Shown: positions 1 to 14,180 of the stretch, piece by piece | How positions within the stretch are numbered: the stretch's first letter is position 1 | Layout of the letters: each line of letters starts with the position of its first letter | Assembly (NCBI RefSeq): GCF_009914755.1 | Contig: NC_060930.1 | Reading direction: 5' to 3' (one strand) | DNA: 64,000 nt | Origin: the human T2T-CHM13v2.0 reference genome, Homo sapiens | Notes under the pieces: model-generated | The model's input: the letters and a program-made list of their open reading frames with translations, nothing else | What the model was told of the DNA's origin: nothing | The model's database searches: none | Translations under genes and position numbers: made by a program

Positions 1-661
1 ACTATCCTCAGAGAATGGAGGCCTGCCAGGAGTGAAGCTTCTGCACTCTGGGAGCCAATAATGGAGCAATAAATGAAATAGAGAAAAAAACATAATATGT
101 TGGGCTAATATTTTTCTTAATTGAACAAACACATGCTATTGAGTATTTGCTATTGCTAATAAAAGACTGTTATACATACACATTAATAAACTGCATTCAA
201 GCATCATTCTGAAGAGGTTTATGCTCTGCAATTCTCAGTCTGATTTTCAGGATGGTGACTGGAAATATTGGTGAATCTCTCTCTTCTTAGAAATGTATAA
301 AATGTTTACTATTGTTGTTATTGGTAAAGAATATATAATTATTGCTTAAAAATAATTAACTTTACATGAATAACATATACATTATGTTATACTTAAATAT
401 ATACACTATATATTCATTCCAAAAAAATATTTCTCAATCATGTAACTGTGTGTTAGACACCCCACAGTACTGAAAAGCTAATGTTACCTCATGAGTATGC
501 AGTTTGGTGGGAAAAAACACCCAAACATAAATAAATAAAGTAATTGAAATTGCTACAAATGAGTTTTTAATCTGGTGTACATTCTTGAGGAAACATCTGA
601 GGGACAGAGCTAAAGAGAATAACAAAAAAAATTTATTTTTTTTTATTTTTCTAAGAAAAAT

Positions 662-1107
<446 letters not shown>

Positions 1108-1139
1108 CTACCCATCTCAAAAGAGGACCTATTTAAGCA

Positions 1140-2490
1140 CCTTGATTAGAAATGGCCTCTGTGAGGAGCAGGTGCTACATGAACTAAGACCTCAAAATAC
1201 TGAGAAGTAGCAGTCAAGCAAGTGTGGAGGGTTGTAAATATAGGGGACAGACATACAAATTCCAGAGATGGGAAAGAGATCAGCACTTGAACAGAGTTTC
1301 CAGGACCTAGTATATGGTAGGAAGAGTGGAAACAAGGAAGAAAGGGAATGTGCCTTTTACAGTAAGAAATAGCGGTTTTATTCTATGTGCGATAAAAATC
1401 CAGTAAAAATCTCATGTGGAAATGATATAGTTTGATATACATTTTTAAAAGTTGTTATGTGGAAACAGATTGACAGGTTCATGAGAGCGAGTTTGATCCA
1501 GATTGGCTTAATTCTGTATTTAGGATTTGTATTTCAGTGCGGAATCTCTTTGGGGTTTTCAGTCCAATCAACTTATGTAGACTTCCTTCCAGTATTCTTT
1601 GCATTGACAAATTAGGAGACTAGGCAATGGTGTAAGCAAGGGTTGCTAATAGCCAGGTTTTGAATAGTAACAATGAAGATGGAGATGAACAGATAAATTT
1701 TAGTTTTATTTTGAAGAAAAAATTGACGGGATTTTCTGATGTATTATATATGAGGTGTTATGTGTGAGGTTCAGCAAATGAAATAGTTCAAGAATGGTAC
1801 ATAATTTCTAGATCTAGTAACATGAAGGATACTCATACCATTTTCTGAGATAGGAGAAAATTGGGGGTAACTGAACTGAATCAATAATTTATATTTTATA
1901 CTTGTTAAGTATAAAAGTCTGTAACTTTTAAGGAATAAGCCATTTTTAAGCCTAGAGTGCAGACAGAGATCAGATTTTGAAAAATACATTTGGTGAACAT
2001 CAAAATAAAGGCAATATTTAAATCCGTGGGAATAGATTAATATCACTGTACAATGATACTCACATATACAGTGAGCATCTTTTATGGAATAAATATTATT
2101 ATAGGTATGGGGTATATCCTAGTGAATATGATAGATTTGTGGAGACTTTATTAGAGTGGGAGGTAGATAACATTGTAGAGAAAGGCCAGAAAATGAATTC
2201 TGAATATATAGATGTAGAAGTCTGGGTGAGGAAGAGTACCCAGAATAGTAGACTAAGAAAATCCAAGAGTGATCTAAAAGAGGGGGCTTTTAAGAAAAAG
2301 GAAATTGTTTAACCGTGGGGAGTATTGCTAAGTAGTCAAGCAAGCTAAACACAAGAATGAGTCCACCAGCTTGGCAATACAGAGATTGTTCGTGCTCTGA
2401 GAATACTCTATTGGTCATACTGGTGGGGACGTCAGAGTGAGCAGGCGTGGAGTGAATAAGCGGTGAGGATCAGAGACAGAGTGCAGACAT
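1140..2490 (-). mobile_element. L2 LINE relic (degenerate, probably several fragments)
   Basis: Purine-rich strand with L2-antisense-like blocks (e.g. 'CCATTTTCTGAGATAGGAGAAAATTGGGGG', 'TTTAAATCCGTGGGAATAGATTAATATCAC'); boundaries approximate. Confidence 0.6.
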
Positions 2491-2494
2491 TTAA

Positions 2495-2793
<299 letters not shown>

Positions 2794-4180
2794 TAAATCT
2801 TTATTAAAAACTAAAGAATTGTTGAAAGCAGCATCTCCAATTTCCGGCAAGTGGTCTGACCATCCTGCCTAAAATATCATTTAGGAAATTTTCAGATTTA
2901 CTTTACTATTGAGAAAGGACAAATGAAAAATGTAGGGACCCCTTTTTAAAAAGGAGATCCATTAAATGTTTACCATAACATCCACAGAATTTTGGAGGCT
3001 TTCCAGATAAAGAAGGTTAGGATTTGCTCACATTTCACTAGATAGTCTTTAGGGTGTTGCAAAAATTATGATCAAATTAATCATATTTCTCTAAACTTAG
3101 TAATTTATTCACATTTATTAAATAGTCCATGATTATTAAGACAGACTTAACAGATTTACATTTATAAACACTCAGCATCTAATAGTGGTGTATCCATGTT
3201 TTAGATAATTTCAGTGTTCTGTATAGCATTTTCTCTGTGAGGAACTTCAGATTACTGCTAAGGTGTTTAAAACTTCCTTTGCTTAACGGTAACATGTAAT
3301 GTTAGATTGCCAAGTAGCATTTGATGTATACTCAACCAATCCATAATCTTCCACAATGCTCCAAAATTACAGTAAACTTGCCCCACTACTGTAGCACTAT
3401 GCAAGCCACCACAGTTTTCTTAATTTTAATAATTTTTGTTGAATAATATACATCTTTGGAATAGTGAAAACATTGCTTAAATTGGGGTGACAATAGGTAG
3501 CTTGTTCTTATATTAATATGTGGCTTAATATAACAAAATTGGAATGTAGGTAATATAGTAGACAAAGAAAAATCATTTTTTTTTAGAGGAAAGTAGATAC
3601 AGAGCTAAAAAATGTCACAGGTTAAAATCAAAGCTCTAATAGTTTATATTGGACCTGTACTTAGGTTGAGTATTTTAAAAATATTATGATATTCATGTTG
3701 TTCACATACTCATTTTTCCCTTGAGTGAAAAGCTGCAAATTGCATATTGTATTTTTTTCTAGGAGAGGTAGGATCACACATATTATGTGTGTTGGGATAA
3801 CCTAGGGTTGCTTTGTCTAGGGAGTTGATAAAAATAAATTTTTAGAATTCTTGATCAGAGTGCTAACTGCATATTTGCAGGATAAGTGGGACTATAATGA
3901 ACCAGAAAACCGACTTCCTATTTAATTTTAACTTTAAAAATAAGCATTTGAGTTTTAGATTCAAAACGTGTTTTTATGAATGGAGAAAATACATACAATT
4001 CCTAATCTACATATCCACTATGCTCCCTAAATTCATTTATATGGTATTATTGGGAGCTGAGAATGGTTTTGTCTGAAAGAATAGCTTAGCCAGAGTAGCT
4101 TAGATTCTAGACCAGATCTAAAAGTAATCTTACTTTTACAGATAATGAGTTCTTTTCATTGTTCATTTGCTTGTTTTCAG

Positions 4181-4233
4181 TGTAGCTCTCTGTATCCGAC
4201 AAAATGGCGCATAATCATCTGTGAAAATTGGAG
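4181..4233 (+). other. Candidate 53-nt internal exon of an unidentified host transcript
   Basis: Pyrimidine-rich acceptor TTTGCTTGTTTTCAG| (ends 4180) and consensus donor GAG|GTAAGT (4234-4239) in non-repeat DNA; frame 0 open (CSSLYPTKWRIIICENW). Confidence 0.5.
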
Positions 4234-4632
4234 GTAAGTACAGTAGTTTAAATTTAACCTATTAGAGGATGTTGTTCAAGGCACTAGGAGAAGACTGTGA
4301 ACTTTAATTTGTCCTTGCTTTAACTAACAATCTCACTTGTGTTAAGATACATAGCAGCATTCATAGTTGCACCACTCTGTTATGTATTTGGGGAATCGGA
4401 GCTGCTCTGCCTTAGTAACCATTAGCTTACTGCAGTAGCTTTTTTAAATGACACTGAGATATCCTTCTGCTAAAAGTCAGTGCAGCCCTTCTATGAATGC
4501 ATGTGACAATTTGTCTTCTCAGGAACATTTTCTCCATTTCTTTTCATACTTGAATTCTTAATAATTCCAACCAGAGGGACATCTGCCTCCTTCTCTAAAT
4601 AGCAATGCTCTAGAGTTTGCCTGTCTTGAGGT

Positions 4633-4670
4633 TTTTTTGTTTGTTTGTTTTTTTTTTTTTTTTTTTTTTT
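4633..4670. repeat. (GTTT)n/poly(T) simple repeat
   Basis: Seen directly. Confidence 0.9.
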
Positions 4671-5169
4671 ATCATTTGTGATGAACTCTTTAATGAGCAG
4701 TAGCAAAGGGATCCTGGAGTTCAGCTTGTTAATTAGCAGTACAGCTTCTGGCTAGTGTAAGGTCGAAAATAATTGATTTATATTTCAGTGTTATACCATA
4801 TACATGTTCTCACACAAAAGTATTTAGTAATCTTACTGCAAAGAGGATTTTCAAAAAAAAATCTCTAAATTGCGTCTGCTTAGAAAGCAAGTCAGGAAGG
4901 TAGGTGTTTATATTTTATTCATGTGAAAGATTAAGAGGAGTGTTCTTATCCTATCATGCTTTCTTGTTATAGAATTTGAAAATGTAATAACATACAAGAT
5001 TTTCTCCATGATTCTGGCTATATCTAGAGTAGTAATTTAAATAAAACTGGATTATAAATGATATAGGTATACTATATATTAGGACATTTCTAAACATTAA
5101 CAAATAAATGCTTGTTTATAAATTTAAATTTATCACTGAGGTTAGTTATAGTCATAGACCCAATAAGAT

Positions 5170-5350
5170 ATGCTTGGCAACTTAGTGCAGTAAGAGGATA
5201 TTGACTAGGAGTCAGAAGACCTAGATTCTATTATTAATTCTGCCACTATTTAGCTATGCAACCTTTGGCAAGTCATTTCTTCACTTCTCCCATCTGTAAA
5301 ATTATGTAATTGATCTCTAATCTCTAAGGCAATTTGCACCTCTAAAATTC
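5170..5350 (+). mobile_element. MIR SINE
   Basis: 'GGAGTCAGAAGACCTAGATTCT..TCTGCCACTATTTAGCTATGCAACCTTTGGCAAGTCA..CCCATCTGTAAAAT' MIR core. Confidence 0.75.
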
Positions 5351-5679
5351 CATGAATTGAAGTTTCTTCTTCTCATTACCTTTCCCTTATACTGACATTT
5401 CTAGTAACTCAGGCAAGTGACATGCTCTAGCCTTCTTATTTCAATCTATCATACCAGAACATATTTAATATTATTATTTATGGCTTGAAATGCTCTTTAT
5501 ACCAGAATATAGGTCTTTGTTCATTTCCATATCAATATCTTTTAACTCTATTTGAAGAATAGCAGCCTTTGTCAAACTTTACAAGAATTTCTGGCTATAT
5601 TTGAACAAATATCCATTTGGACTTTTACATTCACCTCTGTAAATAAACTATACTTAAATTCTGAAGAAGACATTTTTTG

Positions 5680-6150
5680 GTTGTTTTAGGCCCTCAGAGA
5701 TGCTGGAAGGAGTTGTCAGATACTGCGTCTTCTCTTTCTATGTACTCTGTCCTTTATTTTGACTAAACATGATTACCAGCAATTTTGATGAAGAAATAAA
5801 TGATGTGCTCATCAAATTTTCCCATGATATGCTGGATGAGAGGGCAGAAACAATATGTTTGAGAATTGTGATTCATCTCCAGAGCACCTCCAGGAACTAA
5901 CAATGGGATATACAATAGGAAAGAAAATGTCAAAGCCTGCATTTTGGCAAAACAATAAAATCAACAGGACAAACCCAGAATTATAGAAACTTCACTTAAA
6001 AATCATATTCATCAAAGAAAAGACATTGTTAATTATCCAGAAAAATATGCTGCATTAACATAAGTAGAATATTTTGATGTCAGAAGGGGATATTCTTGTG
6101 TCACATCTGGACAGCTGCATTGAATAAGCTGCATTGAATTCTGTGTTTAA
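5680..6150 (+). mobile_element. L3/CR1 LINE relic (RT region)
   Basis: 'AATTTTGATGAAGAAATAAATGATGTGCTCATCAAATTTTCCCATGAT' translates NFDEEINDVLIKFSHD, resembling the CR1 RT motif DLDEGIE..LIKFADD. Confidence 0.55.
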
Positions 6151-6211
6151 TTATTTAGCTTAGTAAATACAGAGTTAAGCTTTAGTATAATATGATAGCT
6201 AGAAAGAGAAG

Positions 6212-6368
6212 CTCCCAACCCTGGCTGCCTTTCAAAATTACCTCTGAAACTTTCCAAAATTAATATAATAGAGCTCTGCCCTAAGAGATTTTACTAGTAG
6301 GTCTGGGATATATACTAAACAGCTGTATTGTTTTTATGTGGGTGCATAGCCAAGACTAAGAACCACTG
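6212..6368. mobile_element. MER5-type hAT-Charlie DNA transposon (MITE)
   Basis: 'CTCCCAACCCTGGCTGC..AATTACCT..TAGGTCTGGG..AGCCAAGACTAAGAACCACTG' MER5 pattern. Confidence 0.65.
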
Positions 6369-6469
6369 GTAGAGTGGGAAGAGTTTGCTGTCCAAGAAAC
6401 CTAGATAGAAATACAAAATTAATTACCTTGGCCTTTCACAATAATACTAATTATAAGAAGTACCAAATA

Positions 6470-6625
6470 TTGCATAATTTCAATGACTTAAGTGGTTTAC
6501 ATATATTATTGCATTAATCCTTATAATAATCCTCTTTTATAATGATAGACTGTCAGTGATGTAAAGTTATTTTGCCCAAATAGCATATGTAATAAGTGGC
6601 TTCCTTGGTTTCAAAGATACTTCTC
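6470..6625 (-). mobile_element. MIR SINE fragment
   Basis: 'TTTACATATATTATTGCATTAATCCTTATAATAATCCT..AAGTTATTTTGCCCAAA'. Confidence 0.5.
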
Positions 6626-9600
6626 TCATTTCAATCATTATATTATATTATTAAAAAGTTACTTGTTGATGAACTGGGATGATGAAGGGAATCACAGTTT
6701 TAAGACACATTGCTAGCAGGCTTGGAGTAGAAACAGCCAGCCAGTGGGTTGGAAAGGACACTGGAGTCTTGCAGGGCACTGGTAGTCAGTAGTCACACTG
6801 CAGCCACAGAGCTGTGGTGGGAGTAGCATGTGAGCACAGAGCTGAGGAGGACCTCCCAGCTGCAAAATGGCACCAGCTTCTCCTTGAGGCAGAAGTCTCC
6901 TTAGAAAAAAGAAAAATGTAAAGGAAAACCCTTTTCTCATTTTGTCTATTCTGGGCACCAGAATATAAACAGAAATCACCAGCTAGAATTATATGTTGGG
7001 GTATCCAGTTCTTTCTAAGGGTCTAGTCTTTACAACTAAAGAAGGTGAGTGGTTTCAGCCTGGGGTTTTCTTTTGTGTGTCTCAAGTTGATCTGGCCCTA
7101 TGTCACTTGTGCTGGTATATCTGTTTCTTACTTTATGGTCCATGCTGTTAATTAAAAGAATTTCTTCTGCTTAGTAACACTGGGTGTGTGTGTGCACCCA
7201 CACACGTGCATGTATGCATGGCCAATACTGCATGCCCTCATCTAAACTGAGGGCTTACTCTACTATTTCTTTGTAAACGGTTATAACCATGAAAACAATT
7301 TTTTACAAAGCATTTTGTGTGAAAGGATTTGTCCTGAGCTGAAGACAGTTCCCTCTATGGCAGCACAGCATTCTTCAAATCATGGAAACAAGAACTCAAT
7401 TTACCTTTGTGAAAACTAGACTGGCCTGATAGTAATTGCATTGCTCTCAGAGCCAGAATGAGACTGGAAGTGATGGTGGGTTGACAGCAGTTCTAAACAA
7501 CATTTTTAGTCACTACAAGACAGACTCAGAAACATGTTGTTGCAGTGGGGATGGCTCATTGGCTCATTTCAATTTGTTATCACAGGACTAGTAAAGAAGG
7601 AAGAACCTGTAGGGGTTTCTTATATACTTATTTAATATTCAAATAGATATTCACTCCATAAAGACATAGTCTAACTTGCCAGGACCAAGAAATTATAAGC
7701 TTCAATTTGAGCCAATAAATTTTGGAATCTTGATTATAACTAGAATCTTGATTTTTCTGCTTTATATATGACCCAGGAAATAAAAGTTACATAAATAAGC
7801 CATAAAAAGCACACCAAAAACATATTCCTTTTCTTCAAAGAGCTTTTATTCTAGATATATTTCATTTTGGAAAAGCTTTGTTCACTTGAAGAATTTTGTA
7901 TTATTACACTTTTAAATTTAGTCATTAATAAGTTAATTACATCTTGGAGAAAATACTTAAAATATACTTTAAGAAAGTGAAACATTTTACTTGTTCTGCC
8001 AGTGTTGCCAGAGTGGTAGAAAGTTATTTCAGAGTAAGAATGACTGGAAACAAATAAATAAACAACAACAAAAAACCACATAAAAAAATGAAGAATGGGC
8101 ACAAATGACTATACATGTATTTCCCTGCAAGTACCTGAAATAATCTTGGGAGCCTGTTATTATACTAGAGCTATTTTACCGAAAAACCGATAAAAGTAAA
8201 ACCAGTGTATGAAGACACACAAGATGGAAGTGTCCATTATCATGGCATTTGAAATATAAGATTTATAGGTCTCCAATGCTGCTGAAGCCGGCTGAATATG
8301 CTGGTTCACTGAGTTCAGGTTGTTATGCCTAGGTTGGGGCTCACTAAAAGATTCTAATGCAGTAGCCTTGATTATGCCTTTGATGAGCTTAGTGACTTTT
8401 GTGGCATACTCAATTCATATTTGAAGGCAATGTTTTCCTCAATAAATTCATGTCATTATGAATATCGAGGCCATAGAAATAATGATTGATTCTTCTTTTG
8501 TGCACAATGTGCTATTGATTTTTCTTTGTCAGCATAAATTAATGTACCCTTTTAACTTCCCAGGACAAAACAAGCTAACTCACCTTCTTTTTTCAGTGGT
8601 GCCATATTAGAATGATGTATATGTACTGACAGCTTTGTTTCCTTTAGATATTGCTACAATAATTATATTAAATTCCCACAAATTACTACTAAAAGTACTT
8701 AAATCACTAAGTTTAGTGGTCAGTGCAATTTTATGTATTGAAAATTCTGGAGAAGATACATGGTAAGAATGATAGTCTGTGTCTAACGTGTTTGTATGTG
8801 TGTTTAAATATAAGGATACAAAATATATTAGGCCAAGTGAAGTTCTGAATACTTCATAATATGAAAGTTGTGCTTTAGTGGGTTTGGAAATTGGTTTAGA
8901 GAGTTTTAAGGCAAAAAATCAGTGGAGATGAATTATTTTGCATAGAGAGCAAGCATCTTAATTGTTTAAAGGTTTACTCATATTTTGTTTCTAACTTTTA
9001 AACAATGTATTCTGGTATCATTGAATTAGGAAGTGTATTCTTAAAATTCACAATCATATAATTGAAAAGTCTTGTTATTCTTAGACTTTTAACAAGAAAA
9101 ATTATTTGAGTTGTTAGGTATATTAAGCTTTTCTTTTACAAAGGTATACCTTTCATGTATTTATTACCCAAGGGGGTGGTTTTTATGTGTTTCCTAATGG
9201 TCTTTCATCATTCTAACATTAAACACAAGGTACTAGGGATTCTAGAATAAGAATGAAAACAACAGAGTTTTTAGGACCACCTCATTGCTGACTACTTGGA
9301 GCAGGATTAACAGTGTGGTCTATGTGACTGGTTACTCCTGGAGTGTCTAGTGTACAACTCACATAAGTATTTTATATCCCTGATTGATTTTTCATGGAAG
9401 ATAATAATTTTTATTTGTTTTTAAATTATTTATAAAGTATTAGTTCACTTTAGAGTATGAAAGATATATCATGACATATATTTCTCTTCTCCCTCTCAAC
9501 TTTTGTTTTTTGAGGCACTTATTTGTCAAGTATAGGATGTAAAAATATCCAGAATAAATTTCAGTTGATGTCTTGCATCTGAAGATTCATATTTTCTCTC

Positions 9601-10629
9601 CATCTTCCCCACCTTCTTTGCATTCCCAATACAGTGTCTCTCTTTAGGACACACATATTATTACAAGGTTTATTACCACTGTGGAGTTCCTCCCCTTTGA
9701 CCTCTCTCCAGCACTTGACCCATTCTCAACTGCTTTCTGGTGAATTATTTTCATATATAATTTACACTTACTCCCAACAAGCCAAACAGATCAAATGGAT
9801 GGTATCCATTCACTTTTTAAACAATTTCTCTGGTAAATGTAACTTCTAACACCCATGTAAATGTTGCAATATTTCTGTAAAGAGACACTGAAAGTTCAAG
9901 AGAGTAAACCTGGAAGTGCAGCATATTAAATTCAGTTTGATTACTGGCATTTCTCTTGATTAGATATATGCTGGACTCATAGAGGGTTTGGGGGTGCTTA
10001 TGCTACAAATATTAAGTATTCCTTCCATGAAGAATTGTGAAAAAAATCTTATAGCTTCTACATCTGATGTCTGAGAAATAATACATTATCTATTCACTGT
10101 AAGCATCTGAGTAGAATTCCATTAGTTATTCTTTTATGAAATAGCTTTGCGTTTTCTCTTTGAGATACTTAACAAGCCTAACATCAATATTTTATTTGTT
10201 CCCTATTCTTTTGAGATATTTTGTATCAAATTCATTGCAATATTTCTAAACATCAAAAGCAAAATGTTAGCATAATAGAAGAGAAACAGAGAACACTAAG
10301 TAACCACTAATAAAAAGAAAATTAATTCATAAGCTCTCTGTAGTAGGCTTCAAATATTTTTGTCAAGAACTGTAGGCAATTTTAATAATTCTTAAATATT
10401 CTTAATATTTAATCATAATTATATCAAGTATATAGATCTGCATGTGCATATATGATAATTGTTATAAAATCATGTTTGTTTAGCTTGACTTCTCTCAGAT
10501 TAATTATCATCTCAATTTCTTTTAGTCCTCCCCGTTTTCTTATACATATGAAGCCTCAGCCGTGATGGCCCATCTATCTTTTTTGTTAATTTACCACTGC
10601 TGAAACCTTTATATCCTAATCTAACACCA

Positions 10630-11400
10630 TTTTCCTTAGTTCCTGATGAGGTAAGTTCCTCAGGCTGAGTTTCAGAACTTTCACCACACCAGTTTTTCTG
10701 AATTCTCATACTTTATCTGAAGTTTTCTTCCAGTTCATTTGCCTCTTTTCTGGGGTAAAGAGGACAGGGTAAATATATTTCTGTCCTCTAGACATCATTT
10801 TTAAACTCCTCTCACTATACACTCTCTGGTGAAGCTTAGCAGCTCCCATGATTTGATCCAAATTTTTCCCAAATCTGAACTTCAGCACAAATTTCTCCTT
10901 GGTTGTAGATGCACGTATCCCAGTGCTCCTGGGCTTCCTTATGTCTCACACCAAATCAGCCATGTAGTCCTGTACATTCTGTCTTCTTAAAATCTCTCCC
11001 CTCATTCTCATCTTCAACCTCATTCCCTGTGCTTCAGTAAATGACTTGATTATCGTGTCTGTACTATGGCAGCGGTTCACCAGCTGCTGTCCAACTCTCC
11101 AGTCTTGTATTCCCCTGCATCACCCTATATACATTGAAAAATCTTTTACCAACACAAAAATGATCTTATTGGTGTTTCCTTAAGTCCCTTGGTCAGTGTT
11201 CTCATGCAGCTTAAAATCCAAATTGCTTTAAGGACACCACATTTTCATCCTCAAATATCTCTCCATCCTTGCCTGTTTTTTTGACATGGTTTATAACCCC
11301 CACTCCAAGTATACTGGATCCAAATCGTTCTGACATATGTAGACACTGAAATCTTCTCCGCTGTTGATAAAACTGGTCTATCTCTCTCTTTTTTTTTTTC
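10630..11400 (+). mobile_element. L2 LINE relic
   Basis: CT-rich L2 sense-like blocks ('CTCCCATGATTT..AAATTTTTCCCAAATCTGAACTTC'); boundaries approximate. Confidence 0.55.
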
Positions 11401-11489
11401 TGAAGAGAGTTCTTGCTTTTTTTCCTTCTGATGATAGAAATAAACATTTTAAAGATTTTTGCTCTCCTAATTAGAGCTATAGCACAATA

Positions 11490-11625
11490 TGTCAATATAA
11501 TCATTATATTATCTCATATAAAGATTATAATGATCTTCATTTTTACTACTAAAGACTAAGGCATAGAGAGGTTAAGCAACCTGTCCAAGGTCAAAGGCTG
11601 GGAGTGTGTCAGAGCTGATATCTGT
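11490..11625 (-). mobile_element. MIR SINE
   Basis: 'ACTAAGGCATAGAGAGGTTAAGCAACCTGTCCAAGGTCA' MIR core. Confidence 0.7.
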
Positions 11626-13324
11626 AATAAAAGCAATGTAACTGTTATTGCTGAAAGGCTTGTCTACATTAATTTGGTGCAAAGATGTGAAGAATTTAAA
11701 ATGAACAGCTTAACCCCCAATGAAATTAATAAAGTGAATACAAGTCAAATGCAAGGAATTACTGAAAGAAATGTTTGTTATTGTTTATGTGGTTGTTTGG
11801 GTCTTAACTCTAGACTTACAGACTCAAAAACAACCTCGTGGCTTAATTTAAAATAAGTAAAGTAATAGACTTTGTCAGATTAGCAGTACATAACACAGAA
11901 GTATTTGACAGAGTGCAGAGACACAACTCTGATAAGGAAACAATGAAGAGTTATTGTCTCAATCATCTTCTTTATCAGAACATAAGCTCCAAACAGAGGA
12001 TATTGCAGACCATACATCACTCTCCTAGAGGGGAGTCTCCAACTAAAATAGCCACATGGTATTTCTGGAACAATTTCAGAAATGAGAAGAGTTCTTTTGT
12101 CATATGGAAAAGGTAATAGTCTGTCTTTTATAGAAAGAATGATGCTGTGGCAGGCAGCACTTATGTTTTGCCAAGCAAATAATGAAATCGTGAGAGTTCA
12201 CTTTTGCCTCAGTTGTACTGGTTGTCATTTCACCTTTCCTTTTGAGAAAGAAAAGTGGCAAAATGGTGTTTTTTTATTTCTATTAAGTAGTTTTGTAGAG
12301 TACAGTGAAAGAAATCCTGAGCAAAAGATACTTGTAAAAGAACTTTCCATATTTCATATACATATAATATTCCACTAGAATTCATGATGTTTTCCTAGAC
12401 CCTATTATAGTAGAAAAAGGTTTCTTTTTTACTTTTGGAAGAACATGAAATTGTAACTTTTGTGGCTTGTAAACCTCAAAAAGAAAACAAAAACAAGTAG
12501 TGCCTTTATCCAGTAGAAAAATTATTTTTGTTATATTTGTGTAGTTCATAGGATGTAAAGGATCACCATAATATATTTGACAGAAATACATGGCTAGAAC
12601 TATGAGTGTGATTTTTAAAAATTATTGATTACTTCTAAGCACAGGCATTGCAGCCTTCTGGCTAGACTTGCAATGCCCTCCTTTCAAGTCAATACATAAC
12701 TCTCCAGATCTACTTTCTCCTATAAAATGGTCAATGTACTGTTGAGTAGATTCAGTTTTGAAGAGAGAGAGGCAGTACAGCATTTCAATTGGAATTCTTT
12801 TGACTGGAGGGTTGGGTGATTAAGCTGGTCACTTGTGGAAATATATTGATTTCATGATATATTTTCAGGAACCTATTTTTCTTTTCTGAAACTCTGTGTC
12901 ATGATGTGCTATTTAGAATTTCTTCTCTTCCCAGAGGGACATGGTATAGCTTTCATCAGCTGCAATGAAGGTACCACAATGAAAAAAAGGAATATGGTGT
13001 CATTGTAAATGCACAAATATGAATTTGTGTTTTCCTTGGTTGTTTAAGGGGTATAAAGTAAACATTTTATCTTATGCATTTACATACTACGAAGAAAAGA
13101 ATACTATGATATATTAAATTTTTAACTTACAGGTAACATAATAAAATGTATAAAATACTTAGCTTTGTACCTAGCGTAGAATGTTGCTTACATTATAGAT
13201 TAGATTTTTTCCTTTTATGCTAGATTTCTTTGCTACACAGAAGACAACTTAGGAATTGTTCTTTAAAATTGATTATTTTGCATGAATAGTCTCATGGCCT
13301 CTGTTTCAAATCTTACTTGGAAAG

Positions 13325-13530
13325 AAATTAACATTTGTTGAGCATATATTATATGCCAGGCACTTTCAAATATTACATTTCATATAATGGTCACAAGAAT
13401 TTTTTGAAGCAGAAATTTTTACGCTTTTCTAGATGAGAAAAATGAGACTCAGAAATGTTATGTATAATGAATCATCCAAGTAATAAGTAATGTAATCAAA
13501 TGAAACCCAGTACTTTAAACTCAAAGACCA
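13325..13530 (-). mobile_element. MIR SINE
   Basis: 'AACATTTGTTGAGCA..TATGCCAGGCACTTT..AGATGAGAAAAATGAGACTCAGAAATGTTA'. Confidence 0.75.
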
Positions 13531-13789
13531 GTTTTCACTTCAGATGTCATAATATGTCATACTAAACAGTCATCTCCAAGCCACTGCCAATGTTTTAGAA
13601 AATATGCAAACTTAAACTAGAAATAAATTATTTGGATAAAGATATATATAAATAAAATCCGATTGCTTGCAGGAATATAATATACATTCTTATGTTTTCA
13701 ATTTTTCTTCCTTGTTGACTTTTTTCGTGTGTACTGCATTTTTAGATAGTCCCTGTGAGATTTTCCTCAGGTAAACAACATAGTAACAA

Positions 13790-14180
13790 AATTTGGTGCA
13801 TAATTTTGGGGCCCATTTTCTACCCTGTCTAACCCCCTTTCTATTTATCTTCATTTAATGGAGAGTAGACATTTAAAATGACTTGATTTCCCAGCCTCCT
13901 CTGCAGTTAGGGGCGGCCTAGTGATACAGTTTGGGCCAATGAGGTATAGAAAGAAGTCCCTATAGAAAACTACCCTTTTATCTTTGTCTTTTCTCTTACA
14001 TGTGTCTGAAAAATAGACCACATAAAAAACATTGCTTACGAAGACAGACAGAGCCTACACCAGCTCTGGGTTACTAAACCCTGGACATGATATTGCATAA
14101 GAAAATAAACCGTTTACTTTTTGAAAGACTATGTTTTTATGGCTTTTTGTTACTTTCAGCTTATCACATCTCTGATGTAA
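13790..14180 (+). mobile_element. MaLR solo LTR (MLT1I/J-like), degenerate
   Basis: 'ATTTCCCAGCCTCCTCTGCAGTTAGGGCGGCCTAGTGATACAGTTTGGGCCAATGAG' and 'AAAATAAACC..TTTGTTACTTTCAGC' typical of old MLT1. Confidence 0.6.

Noticed and set aside
251-270. Possible 20-nt exon (TTTTCAG|GATGGTGACTGGAAATATTG|GTGAAT)
   Set aside because: Weak donor and short pyrimidine tract; joining it to 4181 gives no recognisable protein
13755-13776. AG|GT recursive-splice-like site (TTTTCCTCAG|GTAAAC)
   Set aside because: Donor deviates from the GTAAG consensus and similar sites occur by chance (13132, 41658)
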